Shown here: one piece after another, positions 38,107 through 48,665 of the stretch | How positions within the stretch are numbered: position 1 is the stretch's first letter | Layout: the number at the start of each line of letters is the position of its first letter | NCBI GenBank assembly: GCA_964605525.1 | Contig: CAZSCV010000001.1 | Span: 172,645-236,644 of the forward strand | Length of the DNA stretch: 64,000 nucleotides | Reading direction: 5' to 3' | DNA from: an uncultured Bdellovibrionales bacterium | GTDB taxonomy: Bacteria > Patescibacteriota > Minisyncoccia > Moranbacterales > UBA9337 | The notes under the pieces: model-generated | What the model saw: the letters and a program-made list of their open reading frames with translations, nothing else | What the model was told of the DNA's origin: nothing | Databases searched by the model: none | Made by a program: the position numbers and the translations under genes

Positions 38107-39696
38107 ATGAAAAAAGAACTGGAAAAAATTATCCAAAAATTAGTAAAAGATTTGTTCGGATTGGAGCAGGTTGGTTTTGCGGTGGATTATCCGAAAGATG
38201 AGAAATTCGGGGATTATTCGACGAATGTCGCGATGGTTTTGGCAGGCAGATTGAAAAAAAATCCTATTCAAATCGCTGAAATTATAAAATCAAAACTGAG
38301 CTTCGATTTCATAGACAAAATAGAAATCGTTGCTCCTGGATATATCAATTTTTATTTATCTCCAGAATATTTTCAAAATAAAGTAAAAGAAATAAATGAG
38401 AAAAAAGAAGAATATGGAAATAGCAATGTTGGAGAAAATAAAAAATTTTTAATCGAATTTGTTAGTGCTAATCCGACCGGACCGATTCATTTGGGAAACG
38501 CCAGAGGAGGACCGCTGGGCGACGCGCTGGCGAATGTTTTGAAAAAAAGCAATCATCAAGTCAAAAAGGAATATTATGTGAATGATTTTGGCAATCAAGT
38601 TTTGATGCTGGGACATTCTATTTTGAAAGACGAGCAAGCTCAATATCGGGGGGATTATGTGGATGATTTGGCTTTGCAAAAAGACAAAGAAATGAATGAT
38701 CCGATGGAAGTTGGAAACTGGGGAGCGAATGTGATTTTGGAAAAATTTATCAAGCCGACTTGTGAAGGTTTGGGAGTGGATTTTGACGGCTGGTTTTCGG
38801 AAAAAAGCTTGCATACAAGTGGAAAAGTCGATGAAATTGTTCAAATGCTCCGTGAAAAAAATTTGATATATGAAAAAGACGGGGCGGTTTGGTTCAAATC
38901 AACTGAATTTGGTGATGACAAGGACAGGGTCCTGATTAAATCGAACGGTTTTAAAACTTATTCGGCGACTGATTTCGCGTACCATAAAAATAAAATCGAA
39001 AGAGGTTTTGACAAACTGATAAATATCCAGGGAGCGGACCATCACAAACAAGCAGAGGTAGTGAAATCTTTTGTGGAAAATTTTCTGCACGAAGGAAAAA
39101 AATTGGATTTGATTATGACACAAATTGTGCGCGTTATTAAGGATGGAAAAGAAATAAAAATGTCAAAGAGAAAAGGGATATATTTTGCGCTTGATGATCT
39201 TTTGGAGGAGGTTGGAAAAGACGCAGTCAGATTTATTTTTACTTCCTATTCCCCAACGAGTCATATTAATTTTGATTTGAATTTGGCGCTGGAGCGCAGT
39301 GAAAAAAATCCGGTATTTTATGTCCAATACGCGCACGCGCGGATTTGTTCTATTTTGAAGAAAGCGGAAGATGATGAAGCGGGCGAGCGTAATAAAAACA
39401 AAGAAAGAGTGGAATTGTCGCTTCTTGCGCATGAAAAAGAAATGAGTTTGATGCGGGAGCTGGAAAAGTTTCCGGAATTGATCAAGGAAATATCCCGGAC
39501 ATACGAAGTGCACAAATTGCCGCATTATGCCGTCGGTTTGGCGGATAAATTTCATTCTTTTTATGCGGTGTGCAAAGTAAATGATGCGGATAATGCCGAA
39601 CTTTCTTTGGCTAGACAAGAGCTGATAAAAGCTGTTAAAATAGTGCTATCAGAAGCGCTGAGATTGATTGGAGTGAGCGCGCCCGAATCAATGTGA
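38107..39696 (+). CDS. argS: Arginine-tRNA ligase
   Basis: EFVSANPTGPIHLGNARG, GADHH, KMSKRKG, NPVFYVQYAHARICS. Confidence 0.97.
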   Translation: MKKELEKIIQKLVKDLFGLEQVGFAVDYPKDEKFGDYSTNVAMVLAGRLKKNPIQIAEIIKSKLSFDFIDKIEIVAPGYINFYLSPEYFQNKVKEINEKKEEYGNSNVGENKKFLIEFVSANPTGPIHLGNARGGPLGDALANVLKKSNHQVKKEYYVNDFGNQVLMLGHSILKDEQAQYRGDYVDDLALQKDKEMNDPMEVGNWGANVILEKFIKPTCEGLGVDFDGWFSEKSLHTSGKVDEIVQMLREKNLIYEKDGAVWFKSTEFGDDKDRVLIKSNGFKTYSATDFAYHKNKIERGFDKLINIQGADHHKQAEVVKSFVENFLHEGKKLDLIMTQIVRVIKDGKEIKMSKRKGIYFALDDLLEEVGKDAVRFIFTSYSPTSHINFDLNLALERSEKNPVFYVQYAHARICSILKKAEDDEAGERNKNKERVELSLLAHEKEMSLMRELEKFPELIKEISRTYEVHKLPHYAVGLADKFHSFYAVCKVNDADNAELSLARQELIKAVKIVLSEALRLIGVSAPESM

Positions 39697-39733
39697 AAAT
39701 AGGACAAATAGGACAAATAAGACATATAAAATT

Positions 39734-40909
39734 ATGAGAATTGGAATTGACGCAAGAACAATTTTAAATCCGGAAAAAGGCGACGCAATCGGGGTCGGAC
39801 ATTATACTTTTCAACTGATTCGCCATCTTCTGGAAATTGATCGCGAAAATGAATACGTTTTGTTTTTTGATTTTCGCGTCAGAGAAAAAGATGTGAAGAA
39901 ATTCACCCGACCAAATGTGAAAATAAAGTTTTATCCTTTTTCCGATTACAAAAAATATTTGCCTGGAGCATATAGTGAAATTTTGGGAACAGCTACTTTG
40001 CAAAAAGAAAAATTGGATGTTTTGCATTCAACTTCGCCTTCCAGCCGGATTCCTTTGGGGTACAAAGGAAAGACCGTAGTGACGTTTAATGATTTGGGAG
40101 TATATAAAATTCCGGGTTGTTTTTCTGCTATCTCCAGAAGTCGGGACAAGGCGGTGTATAATCTGATGGAAAGCAAGGCGGACAAGATTATCGCAGTTTC
40201 ACAGTCGATGAAAAAAGATTTGCAGTCGGTTTTCAAAACAAAGGATGAAAAAATAGAGGTTATTTACAGCGGGCTGGACCGGAGGTTTTTTGAAATTCCG
40301 GATATTAATGCGAAAAAAGTTTTGGATCGTTATGGAATTAAAAGAAAATATATTTTATTTCTGGGAACTCTTGAACCAAGTAAAAACATTACCAGGCTCT
40401 TGCAGGCATTTGCAAAATTCAAAGAAAAGAGTTTGTTGAAAAACAAGCAGACGGACGGAAAAAAATTCAAATATCAATTGGTGCTGGCAGGAAAAAGAGG
40501 GTGGCTTTCAAGAGAATATTTGCAAATCGCCAAGGATTTGGGAATTGCCCGAGATATTGTTTATACCGGTTATATTATCGGAGACGAACTTGTGCCCTTG
40601 TTTTCCGGAGCTGAATTTTTTGTGATGCCGTCATTATATGAAGGATTCGGAATGACGATTCTGGAAGCATTTGCCACCGGAACTCCAGCAATTGTTTCTA
40701 ATGTTTCTTCAATTCCGGAAATTGCCGGCGACGCGGCACTTTTGGTCAATCCACTGGATGTCAATGAAATAGCGGAAGCGATTTGGGAGTTTTCACAAAA
40801 TGAGAATTTGAGGGAAAAATACAAACAACGCGGACTTGAGAGGGCGAAAGATTTTAATTGGGAAAAATGCGCCCGTGAAACGCTCGAAGTGTATAAATCA
40901 TTGAAATAA
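39734..40909 (+). CDS. GT4 glycosyltransferase
   Basis: MRIGIDAR, GTLEPSKN, PSLYEGFGMTILEA. Confidence 0.9.
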   Translation: MRIGIDARTILNPEKGDAIGVGHYTFQLIRHLLEIDRENEYVLFFDFRVREKDVKKFTRPNVKIKFYPFSDYKKYLPGAYSEILGTATLQKEKLDVLHSTSPSSRIPLGYKGKTVVTFNDLGVYKIPGCFSAISRSRDKAVYNLMESKADKIIAVSQSMKKDLQSVFKTKDEKIEVIYSGLDRRFFEIPDINAKKVLDRYGIKRKYILFLGTLEPSKNITRLLQAFAKFKEKSLLKNKQTDGKKFKYQLVLAGKRGWLSREYLQIAKDLGIARDIVYTGYIIGDELVPLFSGAEFFVMPSLYEGFGMTILEAFATGTPAIVSNVSSIPEIAGDAALLVNPLDVNEIAEAIWEFSQNENLREKYKQRGLERAKDFNWEKCARETLEVYKSLK

Positions 40910-40916
40910 TTTATTT

Positions 40917-43784
40917 ATGTTTAAAAAGGTTGATCCAAGAAAAAAATATTCAGAGATGGAAAAAGAAATTATTAGTTTTTGGAGAGAAGACGAAACTTTT
41001 AAAAAGTCAGTGGAACAAAGAGAGGGAAAAGATGCTTATGTTTTTTATGATGGACCTCCTTTTATTACGGGTGTGCCGCACTATGGAACATTACTTTCTT
41101 CGATCGTGAAAGACGCAGTGCCGCGCTATTGGACTATGAAAGGTAAGCGAGTTGAAAGACGCTGGGGTTGGGATTGCCATGGTTTGCCGGCAGAAAATTT
41201 GGTAGAAAAAAAATTAGGCATCAAAGATAAGAGGGATATTCCCAAGATCGGCTTGGAAAAATATATTCAAACTTGCCGCAGTGAAATGGTGCAAGGCGGT
41301 TCGCTGTGGGAAGATACAATTGAACGAATCGGCCGTTGGGTTGAATTTAAAAATGCCTATAAAACCATGGACAAAGAATATATGGAAAGTGTGTGGTGGG
41401 CATTCAAGCAATTGTATGAGAAAGGCAAAATTTACGAAGGTGAAAAAGTTTTGATGTATTGTACGCGATGTGCTACGCCGATTTCTAAGGCTGAAGTATC
41501 TATGGATGATAGCTACAAGATTGTCACTGATCCATCGGTCTATGTAAAATTCAAGCTTGAGGGCGAGGAAAATAAATATTTACTAGCTTGGACAACTACT
41601 CCTTGGACATTGCCGGCGAATAGCGCTATCGCTTTGAATAAAGCAATAAAGTATGCCGAAGTAGAATACAACGGAGAAATACTAATCATGGCGGAATCAT
41701 TAATTGAGAAGATTATGACCAATGAAAAGCATGAACCCTTGGAATACAAAAAATTAGCTACTTATGATGGAGAAAAGCTGGTTGGAAAAAGTTATGAACC
41801 ACTATTTGATGTAGAAATAAACAAAGGAAACGCTTTTAAAATTTGGCATGCGGATTTTGTGCATGAGGATGGTGGAACCGGTATAGCGCATGAAGCCCCA
41901 GCTTATGGCGAAGAAGATTACGAATTAAGTAAGAAAAATAATATTCCGTGGATTATGGCTACGGATGAAAATGGAAATTATCTTTCCGGCAGATGGCAAG
42001 GTCAGAATGTTTGGGAAACAAATAAAGAAATTGCTAAGACACTAACAGCTGAGGGAGAAGTTTTGAAGATTGATTATATTCAACATGATTATCCTCATTG
42101 TCATCGGTGTGCAACGAAACTGATGTATCGGGCGCATCCAAGTTGGTTTATGGATATTGATGGACAACGAAAGGAGATGTTGACCGAGAATGAAAACATT
42201 AATTGGTTTCCGGCGCATTTCAAAGAGAAGAGATTCAAAAATATTATGGAGACTGCTCCGGACTGGAACTTGAGTCGGGATCGTTTTTGGGCGACACCAA
42301 TTCCGGTTTGGCGCGGGACAAAATCTGACGGAACGGTGGTGACAAAAGTTATTGGAAGCTATGGCGAACTCAAAGAGCTTTCCGGAAAAGAATTAGAAGA
42401 TTATCATTTGCCATATGTGGATAGCGTGACATTTGAAATTGATGGTGTGGAAATGAAGAGAATCGAGAAGGTTATGGATTGCTGGTTTGAATCAGGCTCA
42501 ATGCCTTTTGCTCAATTTCATTATCCGTTTGAAAATAAAGAAAAATTTGAAGCTAATTTTCCCGGAGATTTCATCTCGGAATATGTCGGTCAAGTGCGGG
42601 CTTGGTTTTATTATTTACATGCAATATCTGTTGGAATTTTTGGAAAAGAGGCTTTTAAAAATGTTATCGTGACAGGCACAATCGCTGGATCTGATGGCAA
42701 AAAAATGTCGAAGTCTCTAGGAAATTATACAGATCCAAATATATTGTTAGATCAATACAGTGCTGATGCTTTGCGATATTTATTGCTAAATTCTCCATTG
42801 CTAAATGGTGATGATTTTGCCTTGATTGATAAAGATGTTTCTGATATTCAGAGAAAACTAGGAACTCTGTGGAATAGTTATGGCTTTCTTGTAATGTATG
42901 CCAATGTGGATAATTGGTCGCCAAAAAGTGAGAAGGAAAAAACAGAAGCCGCAAATCTTTTAGATAAGTGGATTATATCAAAATTGCATAAACTAATTAA
43001 AACTGTAGATGAGAATATGGTGGCTTATGATTTGCCAAATGCCACCAAGCCGATGATGGATTTCATTGATGAGTTGTCCAACTGGTATATTCGCCGATCG
43101 CGCAAAAGGTTTTGGAAAAGCGAGGATGATAGTGATAAAAATGGTGCTTATCAAACTTTGCATTATGTTTTGGTGGAATTGTCTAAAGTTATGGCGCCAT
43201 TTACGCCTTTTATTGCGGAAGAGATTTATAAGAATTTAACTAATGGCGAATCCGTACATTTGGCTGATTTTCCAGTGGCGGATGAAAGCTTGATTGACGA
43301 AGATCTAAATGAAAAAATGCATAACACCAGAAGCATTATCACTGAAGCGTTGCAATTGCGCGCAAAGAACAGTCTTAAAGTTCGGCAACCATTATCTGAA
43401 TTAATAATCACGGGCTATGAAACGCAAGAAGGCTTTATGGAAATTATGGAGGAAGAGGTGAATGTTAAAAAAGTTGTTGTTAAAACAGGCATGGAGAAAA
43501 AAGTTGAATTAAATACTGAATTAACTCCGGAATTAATTCTCGAAGGCCAAGCCCGTGAAATCATACGGTTCATCCAGGAAATGCGAAAAGAGGCGGGATA
43601 TGAGGTTGACAACCGCATCGAAGTGTGCTATTCTGGAGCGTTGGATGTTTTTGAAAAATTTGGTTCTTTGATAACTAAAGAAGTGCTGGCAGACAAACTG
43701 TCTGCGGAAAAATTGAAAAAAACAGACCTGCAAAAAGAATTCGATCTGGACGGCGAAAAAATCCAAATCGGAATTTACAGATAA
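40917..43784 (+). CDS. ileS: Isoleucine-tRNA ligase (type 2-like)
   Basis: FYDGPPF, GWDCHGLP, WTTTPWTLP, DWNLSRDRFW, KMSKS; no C-terminal Zn finger. Confidence 0.97.
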   Translation: MFKKVDPRKKYSEMEKEIISFWREDETFKKSVEQREGKDAYVFYDGPPFITGVPHYGTLLSSIVKDAVPRYWTMKGKRVERRWGWDCHGLPAENLVEKKLGIKDKRDIPKIGLEKYIQTCRSEMVQGGSLWEDTIERIGRWVEFKNAYKTMDKEYMESVWWAFKQLYEKGKIYEGEKVLMYCTRCATPISKAEVSMDDSYKIVTDPSVYVKFKLEGEENKYLLAWTTTPWTLPANSAIALNKAIKYAEVEYNGEILIMAESLIEKIMTNEKHEPLEYKKLATYDGEKLVGKSYEPLFDVEINKGNAFKIWHADFVHEDGGTGIAHEAPAYGEEDYELSKKNNIPWIMATDENGNYLSGRWQGQNVWETNKEIAKTLTAEGEVLKIDYIQHDYPHCHRCATKLMYRAHPSWFMDIDGQRKEMLTENENINWFPAHFKEKRFKNIMETAPDWNLSRDRFWATPIPVWRGTKSDGTVVTKVIGSYGELKELSGKELEDYHLPYVDSVTFEIDGVEMKRIEKVMDCWFESGSMPFAQFHYPFENKEKFEANFPGDFISEYVGQVRAWFYYLHAISVGIFGKEAFKNVIVTGTIAGSDGKKMSKSLGNYTDPNILLDQYSADALRYLLLNSPLLNGDDFALIDKDVSDIQRKLGTLWNSYGFLVMYANVDNWSPKSEKEKTEAANLLDKWIISKLHKLIKTVDENMVAYDLPNATKPMMDFIDELSNWYIRRSRKRFWKSEDDSDKNGAYQTLHYVLVELSKVMAPFTPFIAEEIYKNLTNGESVHLADFPVADESLIDEDLNEKMHNTRSIITEALQLRAKNSLKVRQPLSELIITGYETQEGFMEIMEEEVNVKKVVVKTGMEKKVELNTELTPELILEGQAREIIRFIQEMRKEAGYEVDNRIEVCYSGALDVFEKFGSLITKEVLADKLSAEKLKKTDLQKEFDLDGEKIQIGIYR

Positions 43785-43823
43785 GATCCTATCTTCACAA
43801 CAAAAAAATAAGGAGTAGAAGGA

Positions 43824-44006
43824 ATGAATAGAACAACGTGGGGGATTATTATGCTCGTGGTGATGGTTCTCGCATTTCTGGCGGGATATCATTGGCCGTT
43901 TTTTACTCCGGAGATTGAGATTCTTTCGAGGGAGATATCCTCCGGATTCACGGCGGTTTTTGGTTCGATTTTCGTGCTTTCCGGCGTGGAGAGACTTCTT
44001 TTTTAA
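43824..44006 (+). CDS. Small two-TM membrane protein
   Basis: 60 aa; AAGGAG upstream and a terminator-like hairpin downstream. Confidence 0.55.
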   Translation: MNRTTWGIIMLVVMVLAFLAGYHWPFFTPEIEILSREISSGFTAVFGSIFVLSGVERLLF

Positions 44007-44099
44007 ATTTTTTCAAAGGAGGTGTCGAGGCTTGGCTTCACGTAATGTGAAGTTGAGCCTTTTTTATTTTTTGGAAATTTTATAATATTTTTCTAAGAA

Positions 44100-44133
44100 C
44101 CCTCACCCCAACCCTCTCCCAGAGGGAGAGGGG
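44100..44133. repeat. REP-like palindromic element
   Basis: ccctcaccccaaccctctccc-aga-gggagagggg. Confidence 0.6.
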
Positions 44134-44187
44134 AAAATAATGCTATGATAATAGAATATTGAGATGTTAGTATGTTAAAATGATTTT

Positions 44188-44907
44188 ATGGAATACAAAT
44201 ACACAGGAATTGTTTTGGGAAAATATGATGTCGGGGAAACCGATCGGATTTATGTTATTTATACTTTGGAGCAGGGAAAAATCCGCACCCTTGCCAAGGG
44301 TGTGCGAAAAATGCAAGCCAGGCTCGCCGGACAATTGGAGAATTTCAATCTGGTTGATGTTTTAATTGCGCGCAACAAAGGAATGGGGAAAATAAAATCG
44401 GCAATTGCGGAGAAAAATTTTTCCAATATTAAAAATGAATTGAAATTGCTGGAAAAGGTTTTCGAAGTATTCAGGATAGCTGGCCGCTTGATTGATGATG
44501 AACAAAAAGACGAAGATATTTTTTATTTGTTTTTGAGATACTTGAATTTGCTGGATAAAATTCAGACAGAGGATGATCCGTTGTTTTTTCGCGTAGCCAG
44601 TCAGGGATTTTTGTACCAATTTTTTTCTTTAACGGGATATGGGATTGAGGTAGGCAGATGCGCTTTGTGCCAAGAAAAAATAGCTCCCGGAGGAAATTTT
44701 TTCAGCGCGCGCCATGGAGGAATTGTCTGCGCCGAGTGCGGACAAAAAGTGGCGGAGAAAATCCAAGTGAGCGATAGCGCTATCAAGGCGATGCGGATTT
44801 TTTCTTCAAGCAGTCTGGAATCTTTGGCAAAATTAAAAATAGAAAAAGAAAAAATAATCGAATTGGAAAAAATAAGCAGCTTATTCCATCAATGGATTTC
44901 CGGATAA
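44188..44907 (+). CDS. recO: DNA repair protein RecO
   Basis: GETDRIY..YT...GKI...AKGVRK; CALC...FSARHGGIVCAEC. Confidence 0.93.
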   Translation: MEYKYTGIVLGKYDVGETDRIYVIYTLEQGKIRTLAKGVRKMQARLAGQLENFNLVDVLIARNKGMGKIKSAIAEKNFSNIKNELKLLEKVFEVFRIAGRLIDDEQKDEDIFYLFLRYLNLLDKIQTEDDPLFFRVASQGFLYQFFSLTGYGIEVGRCALCQEKIAPGGNFFSARHGGIVCAECGQKVAEKIQVSDSAIKAMRIFSSSSLESLAKLKIEKEKIIELEKISSLFHQWISG

Positions 44908-44974
44908 CTTCATGTTTCTTGTTAAATGTAAAATTTTTTAGTAAAATAAGTACAGTTAAAAATAAAAAAACAAA

Positions 44975-46879
44975 ATGTCACTAGATAATTTAAACGAAAA
45001 AATAAACGACCCTAACACAGAAATTGATAATAAGGAATTTTTTGGAGAAAACAAGGGTTTGGCAGAAAATAATTTTCAATCATCTGGCGAAAGAAAATGG
45101 AATCGGATAGCTAGTTGGCTGGACGATGAGACGCTTAGGATTATCAAACTTTTTGGAATGGTTCTTGGCGTGTTATTTTTATTGGGAGCGATTGCTTATG
45201 GAGTTTTCAGATATAGCCAAACAGCCTTCAGCGAGGATCGGGTGATAGTGGAAGTGGAAGGTCCGGTGGAAATAAACAGCGCTGAGATAATAAAATACAA
45301 AATAAAATACAAAAATAACAATCGCGCCGACCTTAATAACGCGGAACTTGCTATCAGTTATCCGGAAAATTTCAAGCCTGAGGGAAATTCCAATTTTGAG
45401 TCCGAGGGTGAAAATAATAGCCGGATTAAATTAGGAAAAATAAAATCCAAAAGTGAAGGGTCTGTTGAAATTCAGGGAAGATTTTACGCGCCAATCAATT
45501 ATACGTTAATAATAAAAGCTTCTCTTAAGTATGTTCCGTCCAATTTCAGCAGTTCGTTCCAGTCTGATGGTCAAAAAGGACTGGATGTGAAGACTTCTGC
45601 GGTAGAGGTTTCTATTGATGCCCCCAGGGAAGTTCTTAGTGAAAATAAAGTTGAATATATTATTGCGTATCAAAATACCAGCACTGTTTCATTTGATAAT
45701 TTGAAACTTAAGGTTTATTTTCCCGACGGGTTTGAAATTGGCGATTCGAGCGTTCCAATTTTCGAAGGAAGTGGTACTTGGAATATCGGAGGATTGGCTC
45801 CGGGTCAAAAAGGAGAAGTTAAGATAAGCGGAATTATTCGAGGTTCAAGAGGTGATGTGAAGTCAATAAAAGCGGTTATCGGGCAATCGAGGCAAGACAG
45901 GGAATTGCTTGTTTATGAAAGCCGGGAAGCAGTTTCCAAAATAGTCGCATTGCCGCTTTCTATTTCGCAAACAGTAAATGGACAAAAATCTTTGAATGTT
46001 AATCCTGGAGAAAGCTTGAAATATGAAATAAGCTATCGCAATGACGGAGATATCGGACTTCGGGATTTGATTTTAACGGTGAAAATAGATTCTCCTGTTC
46101 TGGATTTTTCAAAATTGAATTTGGGAGGCAAGGGTTCTTATGATGCTGATAAAAAGGAAATTTCATGGAAAGCTTCAGATTTTCCCCAATTGGCGAAAAT
46201 TGATCCAAATCAAGGTGAAACAATAAGTTTCTCTATTCCGGTAAAAGAAAAAATTGATGTCAACGGAAGTGGAGATAAAAATTTTTCAATTGAATCAGTT
46301 GCAAAAATAGACAGTCCTGACGTGACATATCCGGCGGTTGGAATTAATGAAAGTACGAGCCGGGCGATTGTGAAAATGAATTCAAAAGTTATTTTGGGAG
46401 TTGGAAGTTATTATAATAATTCCGATATCAAAACTTCCGGTCCGATTCCTCCCGTGGTAGGGCAGGAAACCGAGTATGTTATCCAATGGACAATTTCCAA
46501 TATTTCCAATGATATTGGAGATGTTTCGGCTATTGCTTCGCTTCCGACCGGGGCAAAATGGAAGGAAGAAATTTTTCCGAAGGACGAGAATGTGGAATAT
46601 AACAATAGAACCAATGAAATTGTTTGGAAACCGGGGAAAATTGATGCCGGAACAGGCGTTCTTAATCAGTCAAAAAGCGTAAGTTTCAAAATTTCAGTTG
46701 TTCCGCAGGTCAATCAAGTGGGAATGGCGGTTGCTCTTTTGGGAAAAACTACACTTAAGGCGAAAGACCTGTTTACCGGTGCGGATATAATTAAAGAATT
46801 CAGGGAAAAAAATTCTGAATTGGAAGATGATAGTAGTATTTCCTCTGATGGATATAAGGTTGTGGGAGAAAAAAATTAG
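44975..46879 (+). CDS. Membrane-anchored protein with tandem Ig-like (DUF11-like) domains
   Basis: Single TM; repeated Y.I.Y.N....L..L.L motifs; GPIPPVVGQET. Confidence 0.7.
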   Translation: MSLDNLNEKINDPNTEIDNKEFFGENKGLAENNFQSSGERKWNRIASWLDDETLRIIKLFGMVLGVLFLLGAIAYGVFRYSQTAFSEDRVIVEVEGPVEINSAEIIKYKIKYKNNNRADLNNAELAISYPENFKPEGNSNFESEGENNSRIKLGKIKSKSEGSVEIQGRFYAPINYTLIIKASLKYVPSNFSSSFQSDGQKGLDVKTSAVEVSIDAPREVLSENKVEYIIAYQNTSTVSFDNLKLKVYFPDGFEIGDSSVPIFEGSGTWNIGGLAPGQKGEVKISGIIRGSRGDVKSIKAVIGQSRQDRELLVYESREAVSKIVALPLSISQTVNGQKSLNVNPGESLKYEISYRNDGDIGLRDLILTVKIDSPVLDFSKLNLGGKGSYDADKKEISWKASDFPQLAKIDPNQGETISFSIPVKEKIDVNGSGDKNFSIESVAKIDSPDVTYPAVGINESTSRAIVKMNSKVILGVGSYYNNSDIKTSGPIPPVVGQETEYVIQWTISNISNDIGDVSAIASLPTGAKWKEEIFPKDENVEYNNRTNEIVWKPGKIDAGTGVLNQSKSVSFKISVVPQVNQVGMAVALLGKTTLKAKDLFTGADIIKEFREKNSELEDDSSISSDGYKVVGEKN

Positions 46880-46896
46880 ATATTCTGATAAAAAAT

Positions 46897-48042
46897 ATGA
46901 ATCTTTTTCGACGGGGAAAAGCCAGGATAAAAAAAATTCAAACAAAAAGCGGGGAATTGGAAGCCCCGTTTTTTATGCCGGATGCAACGCGCGGGTTTGT
47001 CAAATCTCTCAGTGGAAAAGATTTGGAAGAAGCGGGAGTTGTTCCGATGGTGGTTAATACGTACCATCTTTTTTTGCGTCCGGAAATGGATTTGATCAAG
47101 AGAAGCGGCGGTATCCATAAATTTATGAATTGGAATGGACCTTTGCTTTCGGATTCTGGCGGATATCAAGTTTTTTCCTTGATTCACAAAAATCCGAAGA
47201 TGGGGAAAATTACGGATGATGGAGCGGAATTCCGGTCGCCTCTCAGTGGGAAAAAACATTATATTACTCCGGAAAAAGCGATTCAGATTCAGTTTGATTT
47301 GGGAGTGGATATGATGGTTTGTCTGGATGATCCGCCCCCGAACAGTTATACGAAAGAAAAAATTGAAGCGGCTGTCGAGCGGACTTTGGCTTGGGCAAGA
47401 AGGTGTATGATAGAGTACAAAAAACAAATCAAAGAAAGAAAAATTGAAAAAGAAAACAGGCCTTTGATTTTTTGCGTTATTCAAGGTGGTGAATATTTGG
47501 ATTTGAGGAAAAAATGCGTTGAGGAATTGATTGAAATCGGGCTTTCCGAAGAAGGCGGACCGGCTATGCGATGGGATGGATATGGATTTGGTGCGCGACA
47601 TGTTGATAGTGAGGGCAATTTTTTGGCGGAAGTTTTGGAATATACAGCCGATCTTATTCCCGAAAATTCATTGCGGTTTGCCTTGGGAATTGGAACGCCA
47701 GAGGATATTGTTCGTTCGGTACAATTTGGCTGGGATATGTTTGACTGCGTAATTCCAACTAGAGAGGCGCGTCACGGAAGAATATTTTTGTGGAAAAGCA
47801 ATGACTTGAATGGAGATTTTTACGAAACGATCAATATTTCAAACTCCAAATTTAAAGATGATTTTAATCCAATAGAGAAAGAATGTGATTGCCAATTGTG
47901 CAAAAACCATTCGCGAGCTTATTTGCACCATGTTTTCCGATCAGGCGATCCGCTGGCAATGCGCCTAATTTCAATGCATAATTTGAAATTTTACACAAAA
48001 CTTATGGAAAGAATTAAAAATAATTTGAAAATATCCGGATAA
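46897..48042 (+). CDS. tgt: tRNA-guanine transglycosylase
   Basis: NTYHL, DSGGYQVFSL, DMFDCVIPTREARHG, CDCQLC...RAYLHH. Confidence 0.95.
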   Translation: MNLFRRGKARIKKIQTKSGELEAPFFMPDATRGFVKSLSGKDLEEAGVVPMVVNTYHLFLRPEMDLIKRSGGIHKFMNWNGPLLSDSGGYQVFSLIHKNPKMGKITDDGAEFRSPLSGKKHYITPEKAIQIQFDLGVDMMVCLDDPPPNSYTKEKIEAAVERTLAWARRCMIEYKKQIKERKIEKENRPLIFCVIQGGEYLDLRKKCVEELIEIGLSEEGGPAMRWDGYGFGARHVDSEGNFLAEVLEYTADLIPENSLRFALGIGTPEDIVRSVQFGWDMFDCVIPTREARHGRIFLWKSNDLNGDFYETINISNSKFKDDFNPIEKECDCQLCKNHSRAYLHHVFRSGDPLAMRLISMHNLKFYTKLMERIKNNLKISG

Positions 48043-48066
48043 AATACGTTCATTTCAACCAGGCTA

Positions 48067-48095
48067 TTGACAAATAAATACTGATTGTGTAGGAT
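48067..48095 (+). promoter_or_regulatory. Sigma70-type promoter of the infA/alpha operon
   Basis: TTGACA-17 nt-TAGGAT. Confidence 0.65.
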
Positions 48096-48211
48096 GGGTG
48101 TACGTCCGTTAATAGAAAATTTAATAGAAGGTTTCAAATAGAGGCATTATTTTGAGCTTCAGGAATTAGGAATGTTTAGCCTATGAGTAGCTCCTCTATT
48201 TTTGTGTTGTT

Positions 48212-48424
48212 ATGAGTAAAGAATTAATAAAACTCGAAGGGATTGTTCTGGAAACTTTGCCAAGCACTACTTTCAAGGTGAAATTGGACAATGGCCATGA
48301 AGTTTTAGCTCATATTTCAGGACGTATGAGAGTTAATTATATCCGCTTGCTTCCAGGAGATAAAGTTTTACTGGAAATGAGCCCGTATGATTTGACTCGA
48401 GGAAGAATAACACAGCGTTTATAA
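48212..48424 (+). CDS. infA: Translation initiation factor IF-1
   Basis: [33 protein letters not shown]. Confidence 0.98.
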   Translation: MSKELIKLEGIVLETLPSTTFKVKLDNGHEVLAHISGRMRVNYIRLLPGDKVLLEMSPYDLTRGRITQRL

Positions 48425-48442
48425 TTGTTTTTACGATAAAAT

Positions 48443-48556
48443 ATGAAAGTTCGAGCATCAGTAAAAAAAATATGTGCCAAGTGTAAAATCGTTAAGCGTA
48501 GAGGAAAGCTTTATGTTATTTGCGATGTTCCAAAGCACAAACAAAGACAAGGATAG
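48443..48556 (+). CDS. rpmJ: 50S ribosomal protein L36 (not in ORF track)
   Basis: [37 protein letters not shown]. Confidence 0.97.
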   Translation: MKVRASVKKICAKCKIVKRRGKLYVICDVPKHKQRQG

Positions 48557-48665
48557 TAAAGATAATTTCTAATTTCTAATTTCTAATTTCTAAACGATGA
48601 GTGGGAAATAAGCAATGTTTGTTTGAAAATTACGAATTAAAAATTGAAAAATTTTAATAATATAT

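Noticed and set aside
46876-47601. 241-aa minus-strand ORF and other long antisense ORFs (e.g. 28841..29506, 29535..30203, 56486..56959)
   Set aside because: They fully overlap well-supported plus-strand genes and have shadow-like composition.
48136-48201. Leader hairpin before infA as a riboswitch
   Set aside because: A stem (aaatagagg/cctctattt) exists, but I recognise no riboswitch consensus.
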